64,000 nt of DNA from Blasia pusilla (GCA_050084515.1 CM114271.1:31310001-31374000); one strand, 5' to 3'; positions 40,798-54,523 are shown, counted from the stretch's first letter. Notes: generated by a model not told the origin, from the letters alone. Numbers and translations are program-made.

Positions 40798-42384
40798 ATG
40801 GATTCGACAACGCCGACGAGATACACATGGCTCTTGTACATGTTCTTGGTGCTAACGGGAGTGCAGTTCGCAATCGTCGCAGGTCAAGTGAATGTCAGCA
40901 GATTCGCTTATCCCAAGGGTTCCTTCGACTGCCTCAAAGACAAGCACTTGCTATGCACAGGTGATGCGATCTCCACAGCCCGAGGACAGTTGAATGTCAC
41001 TGAGGATGAGCCCCAAAGTGTAGGGCGTGTCCTCTTTCTTCCAGGAATCCGATTGCTCGACAAAAAAACCGGACAAGCTGCATCTTTCAGCACGAATTTC
41101 ACCTTCAGTGTGAAGAGTGCACACTCGTTTGAAGGGGAAGGATTGGCTTTCGTGATGGTGACCGATCTCAGCTACCACGGGTGCGATGGAGGTTTTCTGG
41201 GGGCTTACGGCAGGGACGGGAAGGCAGCAACCAAAACATTGACGGTTGAGTTCGACACAGTCATGAATTCGAGAGCTGATGGTAGTGATTATCCTTACAA
41301 TGATATGAACTCCAATCATGTGGGTCTTGATTTGAAAGACATAAATTCCATAGTCCAAGTGGATGCTGGAACAGTTGGCATCCGCCTCTGCGAAGGGTCG
41401 ACTGTCACTGCATGGATCGACTATATTGCACCGACTGAAATCCTCGAGGTCAGGATCAGTTCCACTTACATTCGACCGCAATTCCCCCTGATCTCGTGCG
41501 GTGTCAATTTGTCAAAAACGCTCTCCGAAGTTGTGTACGTGGGATTCTCGGCGTCAACGGGAGCTCATTGCCACTCGTATCATACAATTTTAGAATGGAG
41601 CTTTGATTCTTGGGGTCTTCCAACCAATGCGTCTTCTTCCTCTCCACCATTATCGTTGCCACCGACACCGTCAAATGGGAACTCCTACCCCCCCCTCCCA
41701 ACCTACGCGCCTCCAGTACATTCACCTGCACCTACTCCGGGGCCATCTAGATCACCCTATCCACCACCGACTCCATCACCGAGCTCTCCAGTCCATCCGC
41801 CCTCAGTTCTTTCACCATCACCTACATACAACCCGGGCTCATCCGGTTCTCCCACCGCACCATCCACTCCATCGCCGAGTTCTCCGGCCTATCCTCCCTC
41901 AGGTCTTTCACCGTCACCTGCTTACACTCCAGGGTCATCCAGATCACCCACCGCGCCAGTGACTCCATCGGCGACCCCTGCCATCACTCCCACTTCTGCA
42001 CCATCGTCCCTTCCATCCCCAGGTTCATCACACTCCCCTTCCACACCTGGATATCCTGTATCACCGGGACCAGCTTCCATTCACGCACCATCATCACCGC
42101 TAGCAGGGCCGGCACCGTATTCAATTTCAGTTCCATCACCGGGCTCTCCAACTTCCAGTCGACAAACAGGTCCATCATCTTACCAGCCTCTTCCACCTAC
42201 TCCGGTTCCAGCTCCCGCACCCAGTCCCAGTGAATCCGGCGGTGGCAACGGTGTCGATGTCGTCATTCCAATTACAACATCCATAGCTGGAGCCGTGTTT
42301 CTTTTGATTTTGGGCGTACTTTTGCTATTTTGCTGTTACAAAAAACATCGTCATATTGAGGAGGACCCGAGTCCTAGCTGTTAG
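40798..42384 (+). CDS. L-type (legume) lectin membrane protein with Pro/Ser-rich stalk, single TM helix and no kinase
   Basis: 528-aa intact ORF with a signal peptide. Lectin motifs ASFSTNFTF, GEGLAF, VEFDT, NHVGLD, AWIDY, VYVGFSASTG and ILEWSF. About 210 aa of SP/TP/YPP repeats, TM IAGAVFLLILGVLLLF, then CCYKK and a short tail. Confidence 0.92.
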   Translation: MDSTTPTRYTWLLYMFLVLTGVQFAIVAGQVNVSRFAYPKGSFDCLKDKHLLCTGDAISTARGQLNVTEDEPQSVGRVLFLPGIRLLDKKTGQAASFSTNFTFSVKSAHSFEGEGLAFVMVTDLSYHGCDGGFLGAYGRDGKAATKTLTVEFDTVMNSRADGSDYPYNDMNSNHVGLDLKDINSIVQVDAGTVGIRLCEGSTVTAWIDYIAPTEILEVRISSTYIRPQFPLISCGVNLSKTLSEVVYVGFSASTGAHCHSYHTILEWSFDSWGLPTNASSSSPPLSLPPTPSNGNSYPPLPTYAPPVHSPAPTPGPSRSPYPPPTPSPSSPVHPPSVLSPSPTYNPGSSGSPTAPSTPSPSSPAYPPSGLSPSPAYTPGSSRSPTAPVTPSATPAITPTSAPSSLPSPGSSHSPSTPGYPVSPGPASIHAPSSPLAGPAPYSISVPSPGSPTSSRQTGPSSYQPLPPTPVPAPAPSPSESGGGNGVDVVIPITTSIAGAVFLLILGVLLLFCCYKKHRHIEEDPSPSC

Positions 42385-44934
42385 ATTAATTCTACGTTTT
42401 TGTAATATGATTGATATTCTCTGTGTAAATAGTTTGCAAGCGTTTGGGCTGAAAGCTGTCCAGGAAAGGGCGATGAGCTCCAGTCTAATTCTTTTCGATC
42501 ACAGCACAAATTTGGATTCCACTGAATCAGAGAGAGTTGCTCGGAAAACCTTCAATGCAGTAGCAATACCTACACTTCTTCATCTCCATACCGTAAGTGT
42601 GTGTTATTGTGTATGCGAGGAGTCGATTGAACTCTGACAGTAGCCATCAATCATCCGGCTCTGTCAACTGGATTGATTACTCGTCCACATGCAAATTATT
42701 TGCTAATGTAAGGCTCGGAGATCATGCTAGAGCTCTTCATCCTTAATCCGACCGAGAGCTTCAATTCGTGCAGACCTGCTTTGCTGGACAAGAAATTAGA
42801 CTCAGACTCGACCGAATTCGCCGGCGATAAACTTGCTAGTTAGTCACGCACGCACCGATCAGATTGGAATCTTAGTGATCTAATTCATTTTCCTTGAGCT
42901 GCCTAATGTGCATCAAAACTCTAAAGGTCTCCTGCACACAGGGAATTGAAACCGGAGCCTTGAAAACGGAGCCTTGGTCACGTAGACATGATCAGAACTT
43001 TTGAAAGTCGGAATCGACCCATCGCCAGCGTATTCAAAACTAAACGGGGTCAGACGGATTCGGACCGCGTCAGAAATGAAGTTGAGTGCGGAGAAAAACG
43101 GAGATAGAGTTTTTTCTTTAATTGTTGGAGACGTAGAAAAGAAGAGAAAAACTTTGGAAAACTTGTGAGATCTTGCCTGGCTGCTTAGGAAATCGGGGGA
43201 TCTGAAAGTTGAGCCGATCCCCACTGTAGGTGCCCAAGGAGACGTACGTATGCAGCACGATTGCAATCGGTAAACATAATACAAAGGAAATAAGAATTTC
43301 AATGAAAGAGAAGTGTCTCAAAGAGGATTTTCAATGACGAAAAGTGGACAATAGGAATTCCAACAGGGAAAAGAAAGGCCACCGCAAACTGAGAAGAATA
43401 TTTTTGAATGAAAAATGGAAAGAAAAATCTTGACAACACAAAACAGAAAAAGTATTCTATTTTTAAGTCACGGATTGCTTGTACAATGCTTATATTTCAA
43501 CGCCACATTTTTTTCTAATCTGTACGACGTGACCCGAGTTGTGTAATTTACGTGATTTAAACTCGAATAGATCATTTCTGCGTCATAGTTAACCCATCTA
43601 CATGTGATCCGTAAATAAATAATAATCCCCCGTAATGTTAACACCACGTAATAGTTTGCGATGGACCGTGCAATACTAGGACGTCACAGCCACAATCCAC
43701 GTAGCTCGATATAAAGTATGTTTCTACGTAAATAAGATATCGAAAATGAGCGAAAGACAACCGAACTGGATTTTCATCAGACAAAAAACTGTCAAACACA
43801 CATAGCATCGGACATGAAGTAGAACGTAGCGAAGTCATGCCCGCAGCCGGCCAGGAACAAACCAGGGCTTGGAAACCGTCTAAAAGGTAAAATTGCTTGG
43901 AAACTCCATTGCGGAGTTGAAAGGAGCGGTCGTAGTTGTGCGCTAAAATTTGGCTTCTGCTAATTAACGAAGATTTGAACAAATGTAGGCGTAGTACGGA
44001 TGATTACTACCGAATTTACGCTCCTGTCCACTGCAAGTGAAAGCTTGAAATTTTCACAGATCGGAATGCAAGTTTATTATGCTACATTCGATGGGTCCTG
44101 CAGGATTTAGTAGGACGTTTTTCTTGCACTTTTTCTTTGCGTAGACGATTTTCCCAGTCATGTATTTTTTGGAGTTGAGTAATCCTCCCAATACTAGATT
44201 GCGCTTTAGTTCTTCCTTTAGGTATGCGAGATATTTTTCGAAGTTGAGTACTTCCCTCCTATAACTTATGTCAGCTTCCAATATCTCGGGTCTCCAATGG
44301 GGCAATTCGTAAAGGGTAATCCTAACAAGGTGCGTGGTCATCACTAGACTTAGTACTTAAGTCCGATTCAATTCTGCAAGCTCGCACACATCCCAAACCC
44401 CAGACCTCTGGTTCAAATGTGTATATCGGCCTCACGTGCCCGCGTCTGTTGCTCCAATGCACACTCGGTCTTTTGGATCTTCGTAGCGTACAGATCTGTC
44501 CTCATGTAGACTAGGCAGACTTCAAAAGTACCCACAATTTACGCAATGTAAAGAGGGAATTTCTGAAAGGGCTACTTTCTGAAGCAAACTTCACCGAAGA
44601 TCCTAAATATAGTTCTCGTACTGCGAACGATTGAGGCTGCCATGTCCTGTTAGAACTTGGCATTTAGCTACCGAGTCTCAAGATTTTTTTTGAGCGCTAA
44701 AATTGGGAAAATGATTTAAATGAATATGACCTCGGACTAGTACACTGTTGAGCGAGTATTTAGGCATGTGATTCGAGCAAGGTGGGGGGAGTTTTCCCGT
44801 ATTTCAAAGTAGGTAAAATCGGATTTCTAATCTTTATTGTCAAGTGCCTCTTCACTTTAATTTTACACACGTCTTTTTAATAGTCGTCGACTTAAATTAG
44901 AATTGAATTGTGGATGGGTAATTCAAAATTTTAT

Positions 44935-45115
44935 AAATTATAAATTATATTAAACTTTGAAATGAAAAATATTTCTAAACCTTTAAACAGACTAGTTAGG
45001 AGGATATTAATATCTTCTTAACTAGTTTTTTTAATGTCCTCCGTGCTAGTTTTTTAATACTTTTTAACAACTTAGAAATATTTTTCATTTCAAAGTTTGA
45101 AAATAATTTATAATT
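44935..45115. repeat. Nested AT-rich inverted repeat (MITE-like or foldback)
   Basis: Arms at ~44935-44978 and ~45072-45115 (AAACTTTGAAATGAAAAATATTTCTAA and its complement) surround a 36-bp palindrome at 44991-45026 with 2 mismatches. Confidence 0.7.
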
Positions 45116-46496
45116 TTTTAAATCTTAAAAGAATAATTAATTTTCACTTTTAAATAAAATTCAACTCCCTTAATTAATTTCACTAGTAAGGTGCCCATGC
45201 TATATATAGGTACGTGTTCGTCATAGTTGTTCAAAAAACGGACAAGTCTTTCCTTAGGACGAACATGGATAGACAAGTTTGTACATGTCCACGGACATGG
45301 GTTCCAAGAGGTGGGACCCACACTTTTAGTCCATGATGGAAGTCAAGGCAAGGAAGAGATGAGCAATGAGGATGGAGGGAGTGGAGGTGGAGGGAGGAAA
45401 AAATTGGGGAGTATGGAACACAAAGGCAAGTAAGGAGAATGAGAAATATGGAAAAGTAACGCCTATACGGACAAGTCCTTCCATAGGACAGACATAAGTC
45501 CATAGACATGTCCACATGCAACCTTGGTGTTCGCCCGCTTCAAATTAGGGGCCACCTGACATGGGACCTCCGCAACATTCTTTCTTCTCCCTACTTCTAC
45601 TCCAATACGGTTGAGAGATCATGTACAGGCATCCGCCCGCTCAGGACTTGTAAGTTCGAGTGCTTGCGTTTGAGGGCCGAATCAGACATTGTTGTCATCC
45701 ATTCTCACGTTTATCAGACGATATCAAGGATACTTCCCCGCTGCCCAACACCAGTGCAATTTTTTATTGCTTCTTATGTCAGATCGTGCCCTCACCTTGT
45801 GAGCATTTGTGCAACTTCTTGGATAGACGCAGTTGTTTAATCAATGCACAGGACTTGCAAGGGCGACTAGACAGCTTGGTGTTGGGATCCATGAAAAATA
45901 GACGTGGACGGGTACCTTGAATACCACGCCACAAAAAACCAAGTTAGACACGCAGACCAAACAAAACTTTTGTAAGTTTTTACAATTGGCTATTTAGCCA
46001 AGATTCATATTCTTCAGACGCTTGTAAAAATGCCAACTATCTGATTGTATACTCGCACTTCTTACCAAGTTGCACCTGCTCGTACTTGAAGGAGGCGCGT
46101 AGAGATCGGGAGCAGGGCCACACATGGCTATCGCAAGATGATCTTCATAAACACTTGCCAATCTGTCCTTCCGTGTGATTTTGTCTCTTAGGGGCAATGA
46201 ACCGAAGGCAGTAAAGTGAACTTGAGAAAAAGAGAGGAAGTTCACATAGAACCTGAATCACATCTCTCATACTATTAGAATCTGCAGTATGATATTAAAG
46301 GCCCTTTCTTAGAAGTGACCTTTGAATAATCCAACCACTTACCTGAAAAAAAAAACTTCTGAAATAAATTTTTTTCCCAGCAAGGTAGATTACAAATAAT
46401 ATAATACAATTTAATCTTACTGAATTCATAACATGATCATATGAAAATTGAATTATAATAGAAGAAGAATCTACAAATAATGAACTAGGGTGGACA

Positions 46497-49185
46497 TCAT
46501 GTCCTCAAGGTATGGTTCTCCTCTAAGAATTTATCAAGGGCCTTTCTATCATTCTCATCTAGAGTCCATGTCTTGATCAAACCCCTGTTTATAACTCGAA
46601 TGGTCACCAAACTCACTACCATCTCAATATCAATCCATCTAGTATCTACCTCATTATATTTAAACTTGTTCTTGCTATTGCCTACTGGGTAATACCAATT
46701 ACACATGACTTGGCATACAGATTGACCACTTTCATCCAGAGGGACAGGTCTATCTAACAAATCTACTTCATGTCTAGATCAAGCAAAATTGGCTCCATAT
46801 TTCCTCCTAATTTTCTGAACTCTTCCTATCCAAATTATTTCATCACATCCACTTAAAATAGATGCCTCGTTAATGTCTCTAGGCCTTGATGTCTTGCCTT
46901 TTTCTTTACCTTTTCCTCTCCCTTTGTTTGCAACCAATGATGCTCGAGTGGATCTGCATGGTTGAAGAACACTTGGACCTGATGCAAATACAATATCACA
47001 TCCAATATCGAGAATAATCTTCTCACTTTTATCATCTCTATTGTCCATGAAACTATTCCAATGAATAGATTCCTTCACATTCCCTATATGCTGGACCCTT
47101 TTCAGTCTATCTTTTGAAAGAGAAGGATTTCCCACAAGTAGACTAACAAGACTATACTTGTATATCTGACTCCCCTCAAATGTAACTATAGGAGTTACTT
47201 TGTTGATTCTCTCTTGCGTACCATGAAGTTCTGAAGACATGAATTCCTCAAAAACATGACCAACTTCGTACCCAACAACATCTATATCATTCAATCCATC
47301 ATCTAGCATATCATCTCCAAGTAAAGTAGGACTAGTATCACTCGTGTTCCAAAATGCATTTAGTCGACCACCAAATCGCAAGAGTGCTTGGGCAATGGCT
47401 TTTGTCCTTTTTGAAAATTTGTGCCCCTTCTCTTTCCTATTCAGATTTTTTCCTACATCTTGGAGATAGTCCCAGAGTGCTTCTCATCCTCCAAAACATC
47501 CACTCCTATGTGCTAGAATAATGTTTCAAAGGAAAGAAAGAAAATCTTTCCTATCGATTGTTTGATCTAAGAGGAAGTCTAATTTATGTTTCTTCGTCTA
47601 GAGTGCACATACCCTCTTTCTCAAGCCAAAATTGATCAAGCGCAATGTTCTCCTCTTACGAGCATAAGTCCGAGCTTGCAACCGTAGCTCAGGCTTTGTG
47701 AGATAGTCCAATATTATGTGCATCAAAGTTGATCTTGTCCCTTGTCGAGTCCTAGTCTTGTCTGTCAACTCCCATCCTGAAATCCCCCTTTTTAGTCAAC
47801 TTGAAGTACTCATCACAAGTGAGGTGCTTAAAACCACCTCCTAATCTACTAATATACAGAAAATTGATTGATCTGAACGAATCTCTGATGTCCACCCAAC
47901 ACTCTAATGTTGGGTTAAACACCCTCTTCCTAACTCTGCCATCTGCTTCCCACGTTTTTCCTCCCTTCTGATCATGCAATATTGCCTTTACTTCTTTTTG
48001 AATCCCAGAGACCTCAATAGTGTCTCTCCAGTAACCCCATCTCAATTGAGATAACGGAATGTCGGCAAGTTTTTCAGTATGTGAAGGCTCACCTTCAAAA
48101 CCTGCGCCATGTTGAGACCCCCTTGGCCTTGAACACTTAAGTCATCAGCCACCTCTCAAGGGCATTGTTGGGCTTAGTGTCTCTATCGTAAGGTTTCGTA
48201 GGTCTGCCTTCCTTTCATATCCTCAGAGGTGCACAAGCATTTTCCTTACTCAATTCCACACCTCAGAGATGAAACTTGCTCGTCAAATGCTGCTCTAGGT
48301 TTGTTTTCAAGTTCTTATGTGCAAGGGCTAAGTGAATGGTCTCTTTACAATATACACACTGAGCCTTAAACTTGAAAGCCACATCTTGCTCTACAGCAAG
48401 GTCTCCACTCCAATGGATATAAGGTGATTTCTCCAAACCCGAGGCCGAGTTCACCTCCTCCATGATTCTAAGCCCTTCCTCCACTACAAGTCTTGCATCT
48501 AAAGGTTGAGGCCTGCGCATTCAAACTTGGTTCTCTTAGTGACAGGTAAGTTATTCCTCTCTGCCCACCGCCTCTCATGTTGAACTATTAGAATATTTTT
48601 TCTCCAATTATTGAATGTATTGTCAATACATTTCTTGTCCTCTGAGCCATCAGTAGTGCCGTACTCTTCAACACACTCCTCGCAGACAAATCTACCCTAA
48701 GGTTCCCCATGCTTATCAAAGGTTCGTACAAACCATCTATGGTGGTCTAATTTCAGGTCTTTCATCAACCTATCTAATCCCCTGGTCTTACTTTTCCAGT
48801 AAGGCGTGTAGAAGGGTTTCATCAACGATGAACCCCATGTACTCCTCACATCAGCAATATGAACGGGTTGATGTGAGCTCCCACCTACCAAACCAGAGAG
48901 TGAATTATCAATAGCTTCTCCCGAATCGGGGTTGGGCCCACATGGGGACGGAGTAGTGTTACATCCCCTAGAACTGGCCTCTACAAATAGGTCTACAATA
49001 CCTATGCAATTATGATTCATGTCTTCATTATTTGAAAGGCTTGCGACGAATGAGTTACGCTCTGTTGTCAATTCCTTGTTGGTTTTCCCTTCCTCCTCCT
49101 TTTCATCAAATATACCCCTCTCAGTTATACTGTCTATCAAATAAACTTCCTCTCCCATATCCTCTAGCATATTGCAGTCTTCCAT
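46497..49185 (-). pseudogene. Decayed, probably transposon-derived ORF with zinc-finger-like segments
   Basis: Collinear minus-strand ORF fragments 48697-49185, 48263-48520 (CVYC...EQHLTSKFH, BED/C2H2-like), 47752-48045, 46779-47381 and 46497-46760. No introns evident and family not recognised. Confidence 0.45.
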
Positions 49186-51478
49186 GTCCTTATCTAAAAT
49201 TCCAAGTATTCTCTTATCCTAAAAACCAAACTCAACATCTTTCCACTTCTTTGATTTGTTAAGTTTTTCCCTCATGTTCTCTAAGGTTTCCTCATCCTTT
49301 TAAGCATATACCATTAGTGGTTCTGTTTTGTCAACCTCGATCATTGGTAAATAAAGGAGTTTAATTTTGTGTGACATTGGGAGAGTTACTGCAGCAAGGT
49401 ACAAGGTGTCATATTACATTCATAAAAAGACAGATGTGGGTTATGAGTCATCCACTCACATGATGTTGGGGAGAAACATCCATTTTAAGAACACTCCAAA
49501 CTATACACATATACTTTAAAATATAAAATATTCACACAAGCGGTGATCATAGTCCAAAATCAAAACCCTATGGGTGTTAGATGATCACCCCATACCAACT
49601 CCGCGTCAATCACCTTCTCTGCCAAAAACTTAAATTATTGTCCTTAAGTGCAACAGCCAGTCATTCACGACAAAATTAGAGGCCTCATACCATCCATTTG
49701 AAAAACCCTACTCATCTATGAATAACATCATGACGCCAACCCATCCTCCACCATACAATCCCACAACATACCCGACTATAACATGGGCAAAAACCTCCCC
49801 TCAACCACTGTCTAGGATATTGTCTAGCCAAGAAAATTCTTGCAGGTGGCAGCAATCCCTCTAGTATGTAGCAGTACTCAAATCGCAGGCACACAATACG
49901 ACCAGAGAAGGCAATGGCCTCATGGATCAAAGCTATAACTTTCCTCATGTGAGGGGAGTTGTCCTCAGTAACCAAAAAGCCATTTTTGTCATGGAAAATG
50001 TGGAGTGTAATCCAATCTGCCACTCCCAACATCAACCATGCCAAAATGGAGTACCAATCCTTGTGCAACAACACAAAATCAGCCATCTGCATATATAATT
50101 GACGGCTTTTTTCAGGAAACTTCCAACATGCTATATGTTTGAACAATGAGATGGGCCAAACTTTGATGAAGATCGTCTTCTTCACATCAAAGGGCAAGGC
50201 TTGAAGTCTTGACTGGAAATAGCAAGAGTCTGAAGGGGACCGGGTCTTGGAGGAGCTACTATCAAAGTGGCTTACCACGTCTGAGTAAAAGATCAACGCA
50301 AATGAGTAGCCATACATATGCATTTCATATCACTACCAGAACCTAGGACAACAGCAAGGAGTGAGGGAGAGAGTGAGAGAGTGAGGGAGAGAGTGAGAGA
50401 GTGAGGGAGGGGTAGGAAGGATTTTAGGGGAAAGGGAAGGGTAGGGTAGGAGGACTCCTCCCCTCTCTTTCTAGATTCTGTCAAAAGACAAAATTTTGAG
50501 AGAGAGGGAGAAGATTGGCTTGACATTTCTGTCATAAGACACAAACCTCAAGTTTGGGGGTAGGAAGAGAAAAGGGGGGCGGGGGTCGAAGAGAAGGGGC
50601 TTTAGGATCCCCCTCAGGTTTCTGTCTAATGACAAAAACCGAGAGGGGGGGAAAAGGGAGGAATTCAAGGAGGGGGGAAGGGGGGGGGTTTAGGATCCCC
50701 ACTCATGAATCTGTCTAATGACTAGAAAAGATGAGAGGGGGGCGAAAGGGAGGAATTCAAGGAGTTGGGGGAAGAGAAACGGGTGAGGGGGATGGAGGGA
50801 TTCCTTTGAGGTTTCTGTCATAAGATAGAAACCTCTCTCAAGTTTCTGTCCTATGATAGAAACCTACCCATGAGGGGAAGATGCAATCCAGAGAGAGAGA
50901 GGGAGGGGGGGGGAGGGGGGGTTGAACGCGGTTTAATTCCACACCTGAACTTGCTGTAGCAGTAGAGGCACTCCAAAGTACCCTGAAGCAGAAGCAGCAA
51001 GAAGGCAGTAGTAGCAAAACCACCACCACCACCACCACCATCACCTTCTCCAGCACCAGCACCAACAGAACCACCACCACCTTCTGCATCACCAGAAGTT
51101 GCCAAGGCACCCGTAGGAGAACCACCACCACCTTCTCCAGCACCAGCAGCAACAACACCACAACCACCAATAGCAAGAGCGGAAGCCGCAACAACAACAA
51201 GTGCAGAAAAAGAAAGTCAGCAACTAGCCAAGAGCCTGAACAGCATCAGTTTAGATCAGACCAAGAGCGAACTCTTGGGGCAAGAAGAGTAAACAACTCG
51301 GATGAAACCTAAGACCCTAAAACCTTGATTCTCCTAATCCAATCGTCTCGAAAATTCAAACACCAAGGAGGGATTGGAGAATGATATGAGGCCATCTAGC
51401 TCTAAAAGCAAAACTTTCTTCTCTTATGGAAATTTGGGAACTTTCAACTGAATCCTTTCATATTCTCCATTAGACGGA

Positions 51479-52593
51479 CGGTTCAAATCTTCATTTTCAT
51501 GTAGCAGTTTCAAAATAAAAATCTCAAAAGATATATCATGTTTGGTTTTTAATTCCATCCCCACAAGTCAACAAACCCTCGAACTTTGTAGGTTGCTCCC
51601 ACATCCTTCAACAAATCTCCATGAAAAGTTTCAAGACTAGAAAATGAGTAGAGGGAAAGTTGTTTTCTCCGGCTTACGAACACGCAACTTCCTTGTGGAG
51701 GGGATGAAACATAGCATTAGACCGTTGGATCTTAATAAAACGTTTGAGAGAGGTGTAACATCTTATTAGAAGTGATGTGAATGGTTCAGATCATGAAATT
51801 GGCTTTTATAAAGCCTCCAAAAATTTCCTTAGGGTTTTAGGGTTTTGAATTTTAACTTGGTCTTGCAAGATCATTTGCCTTTGAAAAAAATCTATCATTC
51901 TTAGGATGCAGAGATACATGTTCTCAAAACGTTTCAAATTTTTTTAAGGTCTTATGATGAGGGTTTGTCTACATGACCTCACCCAAAGAATATCTACCTA
52001 AAAGCTAGTGGAAATTGTGGACGAGTTGAGTTAATTTTCATCTACAAAAGCCAAAGGAATATTTTGTACGAAACTCATATAATTTCTACTAAAAAAATTA
52101 TTTTCTCATGAATTTAACGGTTCAAATCTTCATGTTCATGTAGCAATTTCAAAATAAAAATCTCAAAATATATATCATGTTTGAAATACCCTAATTTGGT
52201 TACTCCAAAATTTTTAATATATGTCCATGAAAATTTTGAGGACTATAAAATGAGTATAGGGAAAGTTGTGCTCTCCGGCACAAGAACGTGCAACTCCCTT
52301 GTTGGAGGGGATGGAACATAGCATTGGAGCGTTTGATTTGAAAGAAAATTTTGAGGGATGTGAAGCATTCCGCTAGAGATGATGAGAATGGTTTAGATCA
52401 TGAAATTTGGCTTTTATAAAGCCTCCAAAATTTTCCTTAGGGTTTTAGGGTTTGGAATTTTAACTTAGTCTTGGAAGATCATTTGACTTTGAAAAAATCC
52501 ATCATTCTAAGGATGCAGAGATACATGTCTTGAGAAAGTTTCAGACTTTTTGAGATCTTATGATGAGGGTTTGTCTACATGACCTCACCCAAA
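51479..52593. repeat. ~480-500-bp tandem direct duplication (~51479-51987 and ~52118-52593)
   Basis: Both copies run from CGGTTCAAATCTTCAT to CTACATGACCTCACCCAAAG. Confidence 0.88.
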
Positions 52594-52729
52594 GTTTATT
52601 TGTATTTTTTATGTTTTTCAAGAAGGTATTTTTAATTTTCTTTGGGACTTTTAAGATATATATTTTTATTAAATATATATCTAAAATAAAATATTTTTAT
52701 GAATTTACGAACTTGTATCCCTTGCTTTT

Positions 52730-53096
52730 TGTCATGACCATACGGATTATGTCATAGAGTATAGTGTGCTAGTAGAGGCCATACCTTATGTAGGGCCGCA
52801 GTGTCTAGGTAGAGATGCAATTTCATACATAGGGTTGGGGGTTACTCAGTTGAGGGTGACTTTTCCAGTAGGGCCCGCTCTTAGGTTGGAGGATATAAGG
52901 TGGAGTGCACTCAAAGAATAGTTAGATCTTTGAGTTGAGCCTGTTGCGTTGGGAGTTAGCCTTGGTAGTGAGTAGAGCTCTTGGCTATGGTATTCCCGCA
53001 AGCTTCGACCTCGATTCTCCCATCGTGGAGTGGGTTTGGCTCGATTGTATGTGATTCTATACGTGTTTTATAACACTAGGTATTTCACAGATTTCA
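52730..53096 (+). repeat. Repeat A1 (promoter-bearing LTR part)
   Basis: Near-identical to 61957-62321. TATAA at 52894. Similarity to A2 continues ~20 nt past the TAACA/TGACA and ends at GATTTCA. Confidence 0.93.
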
Positions 53097-53109
53097 CTCA
53101 AAGAACTAA
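53096..53109 (+). promoter_or_regulatory. Self-priming primer-binding site, copy 2
   Basis: ACTCAAAGAACTAA is complementary to TTAGTTCTTTGAGT. The match is perfect in A2 (62149-62162) and has 1 mismatch in A1 (52922-52935), 28 nt after the TATA. Confidence 0.7.
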
Positions 53110-54523
53110 TGTAGATCGATGGTGGCTTCGATTGTAGATCAGTAGGATCTAGTTAGGGCTGATTGTGTACTCAACCGTGGATGTTCGTGGCTTGTGGCCT
53201 ATGTCGGAGGTGTGAATCTGGTGCGTGGTTGGTTGGGAAAGAAGCGCCTTGCTGAGAGCTTTCCAATTCGCTTTAGATCGCTGGATTTCGTCAAGGGAGT
53301 TGGAAGTTATCAAGGATTGAAGATTCTAATTTGTGTTCGACGGTTTTCTGATGTGGAGAGCTTGGAGTGCGGAAGCTCTGTTGAAGTTCATCCAGATTGG
53401 GTGAGAGGTTCCTATTGCTACTTGTATTTTGATCTCATGTGAAGCTATCTGCTTGAGTGTGTGGAGGGTTGCGGATTTCTGCGTGCATGAAACTGGGCGG
53501 AATCGCTGTCGGATTTGCGATTCTGGAGGTGTATGGACAGCAAGTTTGTCTGATTTTTAGCTCGGAGTACAGAGCTCGGTTGTAGCTGATTTTTTGCGGA
53601 GAGATAGCTATGGTGGTCAATTAAATTCTGGTTGAAACAGATTCAATTTTGGTTGAGGATTTGTGGAGAAATCGCTGATTGAAATTTTGCAGACTAGCTC
53701 AAGGTCTGCCTATGGTGGACAGCGGATCGGAGGGGCTGGTTGGTTGGTGACTCATTCATTGTTGGAGACGCCTATCCCATTGGGGGCGCCCTGGTTTAGG
53801 GTGGTTTGTGGTTGCTTGGGGCAAGTGGGCGAGTGGGCGTGAGAGGCGGAGCAAGGAGCAAGCAAGCTTGCTTGCTTGCTTGGGCGTGAGGCAATTTTTG
53901 CAGGATTTGTGATTTGAGTGTCACCCATCTTTCGGTTATTCTGCCTGGAAGATGCTTAATTGCTCAGTTCTTAACTATGCCAGTGTACACATTGGTGTAT
54001 CTCATTTGGTGCCGTTCGGAGATGTGTTAGGCGCTTTATGCATCTCATGTTTTTGGTTGGTGTACTTCTAGCGCATAGTACGGTGTAGCCTCTCCATGCA
54101 GGTGATATTTTCAGGTGCTGCGAGTTCGACTAGCACGTCATCGACCTGCGGCAGAGTAGCTATTACGTTAGAATTGTGTGGTGGGTTCTGTGGATTCAGG
54201 GGGCGCCACATTTGGTGGATTGTGTTACCTTGATTTCCATTTGCGATTGGAGGGTTGTCGTTGGACTTCTTGTGTTTGGATCCCCTCCATCGTTGCTTCT
54301 TGCTTGCGCGCCCATTGTTAGGGTTGATGCTGATTTCCAGAGTAGTGTTACTCCTGTGTGCTACCGATAGTGAGGTTGGAGTGATGACCAGTAGAACGTG
54401 GGAGGCTTCTTGTGGTGATGACAGGTTAGGTTACCTACACCCATAGCTAGTAGAGCTAGAATAGTATAGCGACATCAACGTCACTTGGTTACTTAGTGGT
54501 GGTAATTTGGTGGTAGTGCGGCA

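Noticed and set aside
45181-45195. CACTA transposon terminus (CACTAGTAAG)
   Set aside because: No matching inverted terminus with a 3-bp TSD and no TnpD/TnpA motifs recognised.
49712-50323. F-box protein (LQALPFDVKKTIF)
   Set aside because: Only a short partial resemblance with no recognisable downstream domain.
50838-51200. Leu/Val-rich or Gly-rich ORFs
   Set aside because: They arise from CCA/GCA microsatellite-like low-complexity sequence.
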